64,000 nucleotides of DNA from an uncultured Chloroflexia bacterium (GCA_963777975.1 CAVZSO010000010.1:118847-182846); one strand, 5' to 3'. Counted from the stretch's first letter, positions 48,717-58,471 are shown. The notes: a model not told the origin generated them from the sequence alone. Program-made: numbers and translations.

Positions 48717-50776
48717 CGGGGAGCCCGGTCGAGATCGAGCTCAAGTACGGGGTGCGCGATCCGGAGGCCGTCGAGCGCCTGCTCGAAGGCGATCGCCTGG
48801 GCGACCTGGTGGTCGGACCGTGGGGCACGGTCGAGGTCGTCGATCGCTACATCGACACCGCCGACCTGCGTCTCGAGACGGAGGGCTGGAACGCCCGGCT
48901 GCGGACGACCGAGGCGGGCACCAGCCTGGACCTCAAGTCGCTCGATGACGTGGCCGTCGAGCCCGAGGCCGGCCGACGACCCCAGGGCGCGTCCCTGCGC
49001 CGTCGGATCGAATGGAGTGGCCCAGCGACGGAGCACCTCGATCCGAGCGAATGGCCGGAATCGGGAGCTCGCGCGAGGCTCGCCGCGCTGGCGGCCGATG
49101 CTCCGCTCGAAGAGCGATTCACGCTCCGTCAGACCCGTCGCGAGCGTGAGCTGAGGGGCACCAGCGGGTGGGCGATCCTGAGCCTCGACGACGTCAAGGT
49201 GGAACACGATGGGCGGCCGATCGGTCGTTTCGGCGCCCTGGAGATCGAGATGAAGGGCGGCGACGACAAGCTGCTCGACAGCGTGGCCGAGCTGCTGGAG
49301 TCGAGCGGCGTGGTCGAGGATGCGCCGGCCTCGAAGCTGGAGGCCGCCTTGACGATGCTGGCTCGCGCCGGCATCGACGTCCCATCGGCCTACACGCCGG
49401 CGCTCGTCGAGCCGACCCCGGCCGAGATCGATGATGAGGTCGCGGCGTCCGATGTCGAGGACCTCTCGGACGCGAGCGCCGGCGATGGCATCTCCGATAG
49501 CCTGATCGGCGTCGACGCTGGTCGCCGTCGCGATGGGGAGCGCGATGATGTTCCGACGATCGACCCTGCCTCGACGATGGAGGATCTGGCGAGCCCGGAG
49601 ATCGGAGGCGTGGACCTCGAGGCAGCGCTCGAGCGCAGCGCCGGCGCCGACCGCGAGGACGCTGCGGTCGATCGGCTGTTGACAGCCGAGCTGTCGACCC
49701 TGGGCACGGCCCACAGCGACGATGACCTGCCGGTCGTCGACGAACGTTCGCCCGACGAATCGGAACAGACGGACACGGGCGACAGTGTCGACGCGGGCGA
49801 GGAAGCAGCCGCCCCAGCGGCCAAACCAGAGCCGCGCCTGGTCACCGGCCGGACACCTGGGGTCGTCGGCGGCGACCCCTTGGCTGAGGCCGGCCGGAAG
49901 ATCCTGCGCTTCCATTTCGCGCGCATGCTCGAGCGCGAAGCCGGCACCCTCAGCGGCGAGGACATCGAGGACCTGCATCGGATGCGTGTCGCGACACGCC
50001 GGATGCGGGCGGCCTGGCGGCTCTTCGGCGACGCGTACAAGCCAAAGGCCGAGCGCCGCTACGTCCGCGAGCTGCGAACGGTGGCCAACAGCCTGGGCGC
50101 GGTGCGCGACCTCGACGTCCTGCTGGAGAACCTGGCCGCCTACGTCGCGCTGCATCCCGCCGAGGAGGGTGCCGCACTCGAGCCGCTGGCCAGCGCCTGG
50201 CAGGAGCAACGCGAGACGGCTCGCCGGAACATGGCGGCGATGCTCGACTCCGGCACATACCGGCACTTCGTGGACGACTACCTCGCCTTCGTCGAGACCG
50301 ACGCCGCGGCCGCTCGGGCCGTCGAGGCCACCCAGCCCAGCCGCGTTCGCGACACGGCCACCAGCCGTATCTGGGGCGCCTACGAGCAGGTCCGAGCCTA
50401 TGACGCGACGCTGGCCTGGGCGGACGTGGCGACGATCCATCAGCTGCGCATCGCCTCGAAGCGGTTGCGCTACTCGCTCGAGTTCTTCCGCGAGGTGCTC
50501 GGGCCGGACGCCGGTCCGCTGATCGAGCGTGTGACGCGACTCCAGGATCATCTCGGCCTGCTCAACGATGCCGACGTCGCGGCCCGACTCGCCCGTGAGT
50601 TCCTCGTCGCCTCCGCGGCCAGGCTGGCACCGCCGACGATCGAGGCGGTCGGACGCTATCTCGGTGCCCGCGACCGCGACGTGGCCCGGCTCCGACGTTC
50701 GCTGCCCGCCGCCTGGCGCCCGCTGGCGGCCGAGAGCTTCCGGCGCGCGCTCGGACGGGCCGTCAGCGCGCTCTAG
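48713..50776 (+). CDS. CYTH domain (triphosphate tunnel) - acidic linker - CHAD domain protein
   Basis: N-terminal VEIELKYGV...EIEMKGG CYTH pattern. ~160-aa Asp/Glu-rich linker. C-terminal CHAD with HRMRVATRRMRAAWRLF and IHQLRIASKRLRYSLEFF. ATGA-coupled to ppk. Confidence 0.7.
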   Translation: MTGSPVEIELKYGVRDPEAVERLLEGDRLGDLVVGPWGTVEVVDRYIDTADLRLETEGWNARLRTTEAGTSLDLKSLDDVAVEPEAGRRPQGASLRRRIEWSGPATEHLDPSEWPESGARARLAALAADAPLEERFTLRQTRRERELRGTSGWAILSLDDVKVEHDGRPIGRFGALEIEMKGGDDKLLDSVAELLESSGVVEDAPASKLEAALTMLARAGIDVPSAYTPALVEPTPAEIDDEVAASDVEDLSDASAGDGISDSLIGVDAGRRRDGERDDVPTIDPASTMEDLASPEIGGVDLEAALERSAGADREDAAVDRLLTAELSTLGTAHSDDDLPVVDERSPDESEQTDTGDSVDAGEEAAAPAAKPEPRLVTGRTPGVVGGDPLAEAGRKILRFHFARMLEREAGTLSGEDIEDLHRMRVATRRMRAAWRLFGDAYKPKAERRYVRELRTVANSLGAVRDLDVLLENLAAYVALHPAEEGAALEPLASAWQEQRETARRNMAAMLDSGTYRHFVDDYLAFVETDAAAARAVEATQPSRVRDTATSRIWGAYEQVRAYDATLAWADVATIHQLRIASKRLRYSLEFFREVLGPDAGPLIERVTRLQDHLGLLNDADVAARLAREFLVASAARLAPPTIEAVGRYLGARDRDVARLRRSLPAAWRPLAAESFRRALGRAVSAL

Positions 50777-50804
50777 GCAGGCGCGGCACCCGCGGCGAGG
50801 CGAG

Positions 50805-51773
50805 TCAGCCCGCGTCCGGCCAGCCGGCGGTCAATGCGGTCAGCTGTGAGCGCCAACCCGGGCCCGCGTGCCGCAGGGCCAGGACCGCACCTTCACGCAG
50901 GCTCGCTTCGCTGACCTCGACGGTCTCGAGCTCGTAGCGCTCCATGAACGCCAGCACCAGCGCCGCGCCGGCCGGCAGCAGGCGGGCCCGAGTCGGGGTC
51001 AGGCGATAGCGCTCGGCCAGCACGGCGCTTGGCGTTCGGTCGATCTCGTGGATCGCCTGTTCGACGCCGACCCGCGGCACGGCCGTGTCCGGCGCCGCCG
51101 GGTCACCGCCCCTGACCCCGGCCACCACCCGAGCGACGTTCGTGGCGCTGCCACCGACGAAGACCGCGCGCGACGGATGGCCACGCGGCGCGGCGGCCAG
51201 GAGCTCGCGGGCCCGTATCGCGAGCTGCTCTCGATCGGCCGGCATCGGCGGGTCGGCCGGCTCGCAGGCCTGGGTCAGTCGGCTGGAGCCGGTCGCGATG
51301 ATGAACGTCCGAGGCGGGACGCCCGGACCCTGGACGATGGCTTCCGTCGAGCCGCCGCCGATATCGACGACCAGGAGCGGCGCCTCGACCGGCGCCCCGC
51401 CGGTCACGCCGAGCAGGGTCAGCTCGGCCTCGTCGGCATGATCGAGGACCACGATGGGCACGCCGATCCGGCCCAGGACCATCTCGGAGACCTCGTCGGC
51501 ATCCGTCGCCCGACGGAACGGTTCCGCCCCCAGCAGGAGCAGCTCGTTGGCATGCCATCGGCGGGCCGTGGTAGCGAAGCCCTCGAGCGTCTCGACGAGT
51601 GCGGTGCGCGCCGCGAAGGGCAGCCGCCCATCGCGATCGACGATGCCGCCCAGGCCGAGCAGGGCGCTCTCGTCGGCCAGAGGCGTGACCGTGTGGTCGC
51701 CAACCAGCGCCACCAGCAGGTGAGCCGTGTTGCTTCCGATGTCGACGGCCGCGATGACCTCAGGCGCCTGCAC
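50805..51773 (-). CDS. ppx: Ppx/GppA family exopolyphosphatase
   Basis: IAAVDIGSNTAHLLV, LLVVDIGGGSTE. Confidence 0.75.
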   Translation of the reverse strand: MQAPEVIAAVDIGSNTAHLLVALVGDHTVTPLADESALLGLGGIVDRDGRLPFAARTALVETLEGFATTARRWHANELLLLGAEPFRRATDADEVSEMVLGRIGVPIVVLDHADEAELTLLGVTGGAPVEAPLLVVDIGGGSTEAIVQGPGVPPRTFIIATGSSRLTQACEPADPPMPADREQLAIRARELLAAAPRGHPSRAVFVGGSATNVARVVAGVRGGDPAAPDTAVPRVGVEQAIHEIDRTPSAVLAERYRLTPTRARLLPAGAALVLAFMERYELETVEVSEASLREGAVLALRHAGPGWRSQLTALTAGWPDAG

Positions 51774-52422
51774 ACCTCAAGGATGACAGGGCCCGCGACG
51801 GATGCGGGGGCCAGGTCGAGGCCGGCCGCCGCTGGCGAAGCCGGGCGCCGAACCTGGCGCCGTTCAGCCGGCCGCCTTGCCTCGCGCTCCGCGGCGTGGT
51901 CGCGGCCGACCTCGGGCTGCGCGCGACCGGCGCCGGCTCGGCTGAGGTACCGGACGTGGACTCCACCGCTGTCGCTTGCGCCGGGGCGCGACGCCCCGTC
52001 GTTCGGCGGCGCACGGCTGGCTTCTTCGCCGCGGTGGTCGTGGCGCGAGGTCGCGACGGCGTCCCCGCCCTTCGGGCTGCGGCGAGATCCGACCGGATCG
52101 CGGCCACGAGCGCGTTGACGGCGGCCTGGAGCTCTTTGGCGGTGACCAGCTGCTCCTCGAGCTCGGCGACCTTCTTGAGGCGCTTCTTCTCGGCCTTGGC
52201 GGCCTTGGCGGCCGCCTTCTTGGTCGCCTCGGCGGCGGCCCTGGCCGCGGCCCGCTCGGCCTTGGAGGGCTTTGGAGCGGGCGCGTCGGCCGCCCCGGCA
52301 GCGGCTTCGCCGCCTGACTTGTGCTTGGCCATCTCGAGGAGCTCCTTGTCGGTGGGCACCGTGCCGGACCCTTGCTCGTCCGGGACGCGCAGTATCCCAC
52401 CCTCCGACGCGTACCAAGCCAT
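51760..52422 (-). CDS. hypothetical Lys/Ala-rich coiled-coil protein with basic low-complexity tail
   Basis: ATG 52422. KAERAAARAAAEATKKAAAKAAKAEKKRLKKVAELEEQL. The C-terminal 80 aa is low-complexity R/S/T/P-rich and could conceal a frameshift. Overlaps the ppx start by 14 nt. Confidence 0.3.
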   Translation of the reverse strand: MAWYASEGGILRVPDEQGSGTVPTDKELLEMAKHKSGGEAAAGAADAPAPKPSKAERAAARAAAEATKKAAAKAAKAEKKRLKKVAELEEQLVTAKELQAAVNALVAAIRSDLAAARRAGTPSRPRATTTAAKKPAVRRRTTGRRAPAQATAVESTSGTSAEPAPVARSPRSAATTPRSARQGGRLNGARFGARLRQRRPASTWPPHPSRALSSLRCAGA

Positions 52423-52492
52423 GGCGCATCGTTAACACGCCGAACACGACAAGAAAATGGTGCGTTGACGCACGCAGCCGAGACTGCGGGCC

Positions 52493-53572
52493 ATGAACCA
52501 CACGATTCGCACCACGACCCTGCCCCGCCGCGCCCGTCTCGCTGGCCTTGCGGCAGCCAGTCTCATGCTGGTCAGCGCCTGCGCCACCGGGGGGAGCTCG
52601 CCAGCCGCGAGCACGGGGACATCATCCGAGCCAACCCCGACGACGGCAGCGTCCGGGGCCGCGGGCCTCGAGGGCACCATCGCCATCTCGGGCTCATCGA
52701 CGGTCCAGCCCATCACGTCGGCCATCGCGGAGGCCTTCAACGGCACCAATCCTGACGTTGCGATCTCGGTCGACGGACCGGGCACCGGTGACGGCTTCAA
52801 GCTCTTCTGCGCCGGGTCGATCGACATCAGCGACGCCTCGCGCACGATCAAGGACGAGGAGGCCGCGCTGTGCAAGACGGCCGGCATCGACTACATCGAG
52901 CTCAAGATCGCCATCGATGGCATCTCCGTGCTGACGTCGACGGACAACACCGCGGTCGCCTGCCTGTCGTTCGCCGACTTGTACGCGCTCATCGGCGAGC
53001 AGTCCAAGGGCTTCAAGACCTGGGCCGACGCGCAGCCACTGGCCAAGGAACTCGGCTCGAACACGACGTTCCCGAGTGGCTCCCTCGACATCTTCGGTCC
53101 CGGCGAGGAATCGGGCACCTACGACAGCTTCATCGAACTGGCCCTCAAGACGATCGCCGTCGCCCGAGGTCAAACGGGCACGGCCACCCGCCCCGACTAC
53201 ACCTCGTCGGCCAACGACAACGCGATCATCGATGGCATCGCCAATTCGGCGACCTCGCTGGGCTGGGTGGGCTTCGCCTATGCCGAGGAGAACAAGGACA
53301 AGGTCGGCGAGATCGCCGTCTCCAAGGACCCCAACGGCACGTGCGTGTCGCCGAATGCCGAGACGATCGCGAGCGGCGAGTATCCGCTGTCGCGTGCCCT
53401 GTACATCTACGTCAACAAGGCCAAGCTCGCCGACAACGCCGCCCTGGCGCCGTTCGTCGACTACTACCTGGCTGATGGCACCATCTCGACGGCACTCGAG
53501 ACGGTCCCCTACATCAACCTCGCGCCAGAAGAGCTAGCCAAGACCGTGGCGACCTGGACCGGCAGCCACTGA
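52493..53572 (+). CDS. pstS: phosphate ABC transporter substrate-binding protein
   Basis: Lipoprotein-like signal LAGLAAASLMLVSACA; GSSTVQP, DGPGTGDGF. Confidence 0.85.
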   Translation: MNHTIRTTTLPRRARLAGLAAASLMLVSACATGGSSPAASTGTSSEPTPTTAASGAAGLEGTIAISGSSTVQPITSAIAEAFNGTNPDVAISVDGPGTGDGFKLFCAGSIDISDASRTIKDEEAALCKTAGIDYIELKIAIDGISVLTSTDNTAVACLSFADLYALIGEQSKGFKTWADAQPLAKELGSNTTFPSGSLDIFGPGEESGTYDSFIELALKTIAVARGQTGTATRPDYTSSANDNAIIDGIANSATSLGWVGFAYAEENKDKVGEIAVSKDPNGTCVSPNAETIASGEYPLSRALYIYVNKAKLADNAALAPFVDYYLADGTISTALETVPYINLAPEELAKTVATWTGSH

Positions 53573-53600
53573 TCGTCGTCTTGGATACGTCCTCTTCCCT

Positions 53601-53634
53601 CCGAGGCCGGACTCCCATCCTGGGTCTCGGCCTC
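53601..53634 (+). terminator. GC-rich hairpin (CGAGGCCG...CGGCCTCG, extendable) between pstS and pstC; candidate intra-operon attenuator/processing stem-loop (no U-tract)
   Basis: Seen directly: 8-bp perfect arms with additional flanking pairs and an 18-nt loop. Confidence 0.4.
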
Positions 53635-53669
53635 GCCCTCCTGCCGGTGACGCGAGGCCAAGCTGACCG

Positions 53670-54611
53670 ATGACCGCGAGCTCAGGCGCGATACCCGTCG
53701 CGCCACGGCCGCACCTGACGGGGTCGCCCACGCGACGCCGCAACGAGCGGATCGTGCGTTCCGTCTTGTTCCTTGCGGCGCTCGTATCGATCCTCATCTC
53801 CGCGTTCATCGTCCTGAGCATCATCGGTCAGGCGTTCAGCTTCCTGGCCCAGATCGACCTGTCCCAGCTGACCGCCGAGGGGTGGTTCCCACGTCGCGGC
53901 CTGTTCGGGATCTCGACGCTCATCGTCGGATCGCTCCTGGTGACCGGCATCGCCATCGTCATCGCAGCACCGGTCGGCATCGCGTCCGCGATCTACCTCG
54001 CGGAGTACTCCGGTCCGCGGACACGCGGCATCGTCAAGCCCATCCTGGAGATCCTGGCAGGCATCCCGAGCGTCGTGCTCGGTTTCTTCGCGCTCACGGT
54101 CATCACGCCAAAGGTCATCCAGGTCTTCTTCCCGACTGCCAACGGCTTCAACCTGCTGGCGGCCGGCATCGGCGTCGGCATCCTGACCATCCCGCTCATC
54201 GCGACCATCTCGGAGGACGCCATGCGCGCCGTGCCTCACTCGCTCCGGGAGGGGGCCTACGGCCTGGGCGCACGGCGCGCCACCGTCAGCCTGCGCATCG
54301 TGGTACCGGCGGCCATCTCGGGCATCGTGGCCGCGCTCATCCTCGGCATCTCGCGCAGCATCGGCGAGACGATGGTCGTGGCGCTCGCGGCGGGCGCGTC
54401 CGGTGGCACGCTGTTCACGACGAACGTCCTGGGACCCGGCCAGACGGTGACCGCCGCGATGGCGGCCCTGGCCACGGGCTCCGACCAGGTGACTGGCAAC
54501 ACGGCGGCCTTCCAGAGCCTCTTCTTCCTGGGCCTGATGCTCTTCCTGGCGACCCTCGGCCTGAACGTCCTCGGCGACGCCTTCGTGCGTCGGACGCGGC
54601 AGCGCTACTGA
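53670..54611 (+). CDS. pstC: phosphate ABC transporter permease PstC
   Basis: 313 aa; EAA-like loop and typical PstC TM pattern. Confidence 0.85.
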   Translation: MTASSGAIPVAPRPHLTGSPTRRRNERIVRSVLFLAALVSILISAFIVLSIIGQAFSFLAQIDLSQLTAEGWFPRRGLFGISTLIVGSLLVTGIAIVIAAPVGIASAIYLAEYSGPRTRGIVKPILEILAGIPSVVLGFFALTVITPKVIQVFFPTANGFNLLAAGIGVGILTIPLIATISEDAMRAVPHSLREGAYGLGARRATVSLRIVVPAAISGIVAALILGISRSIGETMVVALAAGASGGTLFTTNVLGPGQTVTAAMAALATGSDQVTGNTAAFQSLFFLGLMLFLATLGLNVLGDAFVRRTRQRY

Positions 54612-54619
54612 GCCGCGCG

Positions 54620-55552
54620 ATGACCACCGTCGCACCGCCCGTATCAGCCCAGGCGGCCACCTCGATCCCACTTGGTGAGCACCGCCGGAACGTGGGCGGC
54701 CTGACGTTTCACGTGCTGCTGCTCATCGCACTGCTCTTCTCGCTGGGCGTGCTCGCGACGCTCGTGATCAGCGTCCTGATCGGCGGTCTGCCGGTCCTCA
54801 TGGAGCGCGGGCTCGACTTTCTGACCAGCCCGACGTCGGCCAACCCGAACAAGGCCGGCGTCGTGCAAGGCATCATCGGCTCGCTCATCATGACCGCGAT
54901 CGTGGCCCTGGTCGCCATCCCGCTGGGCATCATGACCGCCATCTACCTCGAGGAGTACGCGCCCGCGAGCCGGCTCTCGCGCTTCATCGACATCAACATC
55001 CGCAACCTGGCCGGCGTGCCCTCGATCGTCTACGGCCTCCTCGGCTTCACGGTCTTCGTGACGGTCCTGGCACCAGTGACTGGCGGCACGACCATGCTGT
55101 CGGCAGGGCTGACGCTTGCCGCACTCGTGCTGCCCATCGTCATCATCGCCTCGGCCGAGGCTATCCGGTCGGTGCCGCACGAGCTTCGCGAAGGTGGCTA
55201 CGGGATCGGCGCCTCGCGCTGGCAGGTGACCCGAGAGCTCGTCCTGCCGGCGGCCATGCCGGGGATCCTGACGGGTACCATCCTGGCCCTCGCGCGGGCG
55301 ATCGGCGAGACGGCTCCCCTGCTGCTCGTGGGCGCGGTGCTGGGCTACTTCTCGAGTGGTAGCCAGGGGCCCCTCGAGCAGCTGTTCGGCAAGTTCACGG
55401 CCTTGCCGACCCTCATCTACGACTGGGCTCGGCGCCCCCAGAGCGAGTTCAGGGACCTGACCTCGGCCGCTATCATCGTGTTGCTGGTGATCACGCTCTT
55501 TGCCACCGCGGTCTCCATCTACCTCCGCAACAGGTACCAGAAGAGATGGTGA
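54620..55552 (+). CDS. pstA: phosphate ABC transporter permease PstA
   Basis: 310 aa; follows pstC. Confidence 0.85.
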   Translation: MTTVAPPVSAQAATSIPLGEHRRNVGGLTFHVLLLIALLFSLGVLATLVISVLIGGLPVLMERGLDFLTSPTSANPNKAGVVQGIIGSLIMTAIVALVAIPLGIMTAIYLEEYAPASRLSRFIDINIRNLAGVPSIVYGLLGFTVFVTVLAPVTGGTTMLSAGLTLAALVLPIVIIASAEAIRSVPHELREGGYGIGASRWQVTRELVLPAAMPGILTGTILALARAIGETAPLLLVGAVLGYFSSGSQGPLEQLFGKFTALPTLIYDWARRPQSEFRDLTSAAIIVLLVITLFATAVSIYLRNRYQKRW

Positions 55553-56442
55553 TGCAAGAGGACCTGACGGTGACGCACGACGACCCGATGGTCGCGCCCA
55601 GCGAGGCGCCAGGGCACGGTTCCGCGACGATGACATCACCGCGACTCTCGCCCGAGGTCTTCGGGGCGGCTGTGGCCGTCGAGCCCATCATCAGACTCGT
55701 GGACGTCTCCATCTGGTACGGGCTCTTCCGGGCCGTGCGCGGCTTCTCGGCGGAGATCCCGGCCAATCGGGTGACGTCCCTCATCGGTCCGTCGGGCAGC
55801 GGGAAGTCCACGTTGCTCCGGTCGATCAACCGCATGAACGACCTGATCCCTGGCGCCCGATTGGAGGGTGGCGTCCTCTATCACGGACAAGACCTCTACG
55901 GCGCCGGCATCGATGCGGTCGAGGTTCGTCGGCGCATCGGCATGGTCTTCCAGAAGCCCAACCCATTCCCCAAGTCCATCTACGACAACGTCGCCTTCGG
56001 CCCGCGGCTGAGCGGCTTCAAGGGAGACCTCGACGGGCTCGTCGAGACCAGCCTCCGCCGCGCCGCGCTGTGGGACGAGGTCAAGGACAAGCTCAAGTCG
56101 TCCGGCCTCGCACTCTCGGGCGGCCAGCAGCAGCGCCTGTGTATCGCCCGCGCCATCGCCACCGAGCCAGAGGTCATCCTGATGGACGAGCCGTGCTCGG
56201 CGCTGGACCCGCGGGCCACGCTCCAGATCGAGGAGCTGATGCGGGATCTCAAGGAGCGCTACACGATCGTCATCGTGACCCACAACATGCAGCAAGCGGC
56301 ACGCGCATCGGACCGCACCATCTTCATGACTATGGGCGAGGATCGGGCCGGCTACGTCGTCGAGGCCGACGAGACGAACCGCATCTTCACGCAGCCGGCC
56401 AACCAGCTGACCGAGGACTACGTGTCGGGACGCTTCGGATGA
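55546..56442 (+). CDS. pstB: phosphate ABC transporter ATP-binding protein
   Basis: [35 protein letters not shown]. Confidence 0.85.
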   Translation: MVMQEDLTVTHDDPMVAPSEAPGHGSATMTSPRLSPEVFGAAVAVEPIIRLVDVSIWYGLFRAVRGFSAEIPANRVTSLIGPSGSGKSTLLRSINRMNDLIPGARLEGGVLYHGQDLYGAGIDAVEVRRRIGMVFQKPNPFPKSIYDNVAFGPRLSGFKGDLDGLVETSLRRAALWDEVKDKLKSSGLALSGGQQQRLCIARAIATEPEVILMDEPCSALDPRATLQIEELMRDLKERYTIVIVTHNMQQAARASDRTIFMTMGEDRAGYVVEADETNRIFTQPANQLTEDYVSGRFG

Positions 56443-57182
56443 GCGAGCTCGAACGGGGCTCCGGCGCCGTGCCCGTCGAGGCCAGCAACGAAGGGCCCAG
56501 CCACGAGCCCTCGCCGCGGGCCGACATCGCGCGCTCGCCGCTCGACCGGGAGATGCGCGAAGCCAAGGATGGCGTGCTGCGCATGGGCTCGATGGTCGAG
56601 ATCCAGATTCGCAAGGCCCTCGAGGCACTCGTCGCGCACGACGAGGCGGCGGCCACGGCGGTCATCATCGGCGACCGGCGCATCAACGAGGTCCAGGTCG
56701 AGGTCTCCAACGTCATCACCACGGCCATCGCGACCCAGGGTCCGGTCGCGCGCGACCTGCGCTTCCTGCTGACGCTCGACCACGTGACCTACGAGCTGGA
56801 GCGGATGGGCGACCACGCATCGTCGGTCGCCAAGCAGGCCCGCAAGCTGGCGCCCTTCCCTCCGCTCAAAGGCTATGTCGACCTGCCCCGCCTGGCCTCC
56901 CTGGTCGCCGATCAGGTCAGAGGCATCCTCCATGCGCTGGTCGACATCGACGTCGAGCGCGCTCGAACGGTGGCAGCCGTCGATGACGAGATCGACACCC
57001 TCTATCACCACATCTTCGATCAGGTCGTCGAGCTCATGCGCGCGAACCCCGACAACGTCGATCGTGGCACGCGCATCCTCTTCGCCGCGCATTACCTCGA
57101 GCGCATCGGCGACCGGGTCACGAACATCGCCGAGGACATCGTCTTCCTGGCCTCAGGGCAGATCGAGGACCTCAACCCCTGA
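56439..57182 (+). CDS. phoU: phosphate signalling complex protein PhoU
   Basis: Two PhoU repeats with conserved ExxxD motifs ([22 protein letters not shown]). ATGA overlap with pstB. Confidence 0.8.
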   Translation: MSELERGSGAVPVEASNEGPSHEPSPRADIARSPLDREMREAKDGVLRMGSMVEIQIRKALEALVAHDEAAATAVIIGDRRINEVQVEVSNVITTAIATQGPVARDLRFLLTLDHVTYELERMGDHASSVAKQARKLAPFPPLKGYVDLPRLASLVADQVRGILHALVDIDVERARTVAAVDDEIDTLYHHIFDQVVELMRANPDNVDRGTRILFAAHYLERIGDRVTNIAEDIVFLASGQIEDLNP

Positions 57183-57614
57183 CGACGACCGCTCGACCCG
57201 CTCGTGTCCTGTTCGCCTGCGTGGCGAACTCGGCACGGAGCCAGATGGCCGAGGCCCTGCTGGCCGCTCGGGGCGGCGCCAGCTTCACGCCGGCCAGCGC
57301 GGGTGTCGTGGCCAGCCGCGTCCACCCGCTCACGATCGCGGTCCTGGCGGAGCTGGGGATCGACTGGTCAAGGGCCACCTCGAAGGCGCTGGCGCCGATG
57401 CTCGAGCACGACTGGGACCTGGTGGTGACGGTCTGCGATGAGGCGGTCGAGGCCTGCCCCTACATCCCGCCACCGACCCGCGTCCTGCACTGGTCGTTCG
57501 ACGACCCGGCTGCCGCGACCGGCAGGCGACGCGCAACGGCTGACGACCTTTCGACGCGTTCGCGACGAGATCGCCACGCACATCGATGCCCTCGTCGAAA
57601 CGGAGACGCGATGA
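57179..57614 (+). pseudogene. arsC: LMW-PTP-type (thioredoxin-coupled) arsenate reductase with an apparent +1 frameshift near 57520-57545 and a non-canonical CTG start overlapping the phoU stop
   Basis: RVLFACVANSARSQMAEALL (CX5R P-loop), VVTVCDEAVEACPYIP (Cys pair). After DPAAATG the +1 frame continues TFRRVRDEIATHIDALVETETR*. The first in-frame ATG/GTG would delete the catalytic Cys. Confidence 0.55.
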
Positions 57615-58088
57615 CCGAGCTGCTCATGCTGCGCCACGCCCACGCCGGCGATCCGATGGCCTGGACCAAGTCCGACGACATCCGACCGCTGTCCAAGAAG
57701 GGCCGCGACCAGGCGGCCCGCATGGCCACCTTCCTGGCTGCGAGCCGGGGTCCGGCCCGACGTCATCGTCTCCAGCCCGAAGGCCCGAGCGATGCAGACG
57801 GCCACGCCAGTCGCCGACGAGCTGGGCCTGAAGGTGCGAGTCGACGAGCGCCTGGCCGAACCCTTCGGCCTGGCCGAGATCGAGGCGTTGCTCGTCGACC
57901 TGGGCGACCCGGAACGCCCGATGCTCGTGGGCCACGATCCTGACTTCACGTCGCTCGTTGCCGTCCTCTGCCACGCGCCATCGGTGCCCATGCGCAAGGG
58001 AGCCCTGGTGCGCATCGACGCGCCACGGCCACTGTGTCCCGGGTGCGGCACGCTGCGCTGGTTGGTGCCGCCGGAGCTGCTGCCCTAG
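57611..58088 (+). pseudogene. sixA: SixA-like phosphohistidine phosphatase (histidine phosphatase superfamily) with an apparent +1 frameshift near 57748
   Basis: MTELLMLRHAHAG (RHG motif)...ATFLAAS in one frame. The +1 frame continues VRPDVIVSSPKARAMQTATPVADELGL...LVGHDPDFTSL. ATGA overlap with arsC. Confidence 0.55.
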
Positions 58089-58091
58089 CGA

Positions 58092-58447
58092 CTAGGCGGG
58101 CAGGACCGGCAGCCGCCGTCCCGCCAACGCCTCGCCACGAGCGCGGTCGAGCGCCGTGCCCGGGCTGGCCGGGGTCAGCTCGCGTGCCAACCGAGCCAGC
58201 CGCTCGACAGCGGCGGGCTCGAGGGCGTAGTAGATCCAGGTGCCCCGCCGCTCTGCGGTCACGACACCCGCCTCTCGCAGGACGCGCAGGTGGTGGGAGA
58301 CCGTCGGCTGCGATCGGTCGATCCCGACGGTCAAGTCGCAGGCACACGTCTCCAGTTCGACGGCCAGCTGGCGCACGATGGCCAGGCGCATCGGATCGGC
58401 CAGCGCGTGGAGCAGCCGCGCATCTGGATCGGCCTCTCGTGTCACCC
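58092..58447 (-). CDS. arsR: arsenite-responsive ArsR family repressor
   Basis: GTG start. LLHALADPMRLAIVRQLAVELETCACDLTVGIDRSQPTVSHHLRVLREAG carries the ELCVCDL-type As(III)-binding Cys pair (ETCACDL). Confidence 0.65.
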
Positions 58448-58471
58448 CGCTATAATATCCATCATCGTCTA

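Noticed and set aside
52465-52492. Clear sigma-70 -10 element for the pstS promoter
   Set aside because: TTGACG is present, but no acceptable -10 hexamer lies 16-19 nt downstream, so the promoter call was left at the level of a direct-repeat motif only.
57221-57245. GTG 57221 or ATG 57245 as the arsC start
   Set aside because: Both would remove the CX5R catalytic cysteine (C at 57218-57220). The conserved N-terminus RVLFACVANSARS requires an upstream start; only a CTG overlapping the phoU stop is in frame.
2150-57760. Programmed +1 ribosomal frameshifting or genuine mass pseudogenisation as explanation for the split genes
   Set aside because: There are no conserved slippery/shifty motifs at the junctions. 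The affected genes are unrelated housekeeping functions. The insertion-only bias is contrary to the deletion bias of real bacterial pseudogenes, so a sequencing or assembly artefact is more parsimonious.
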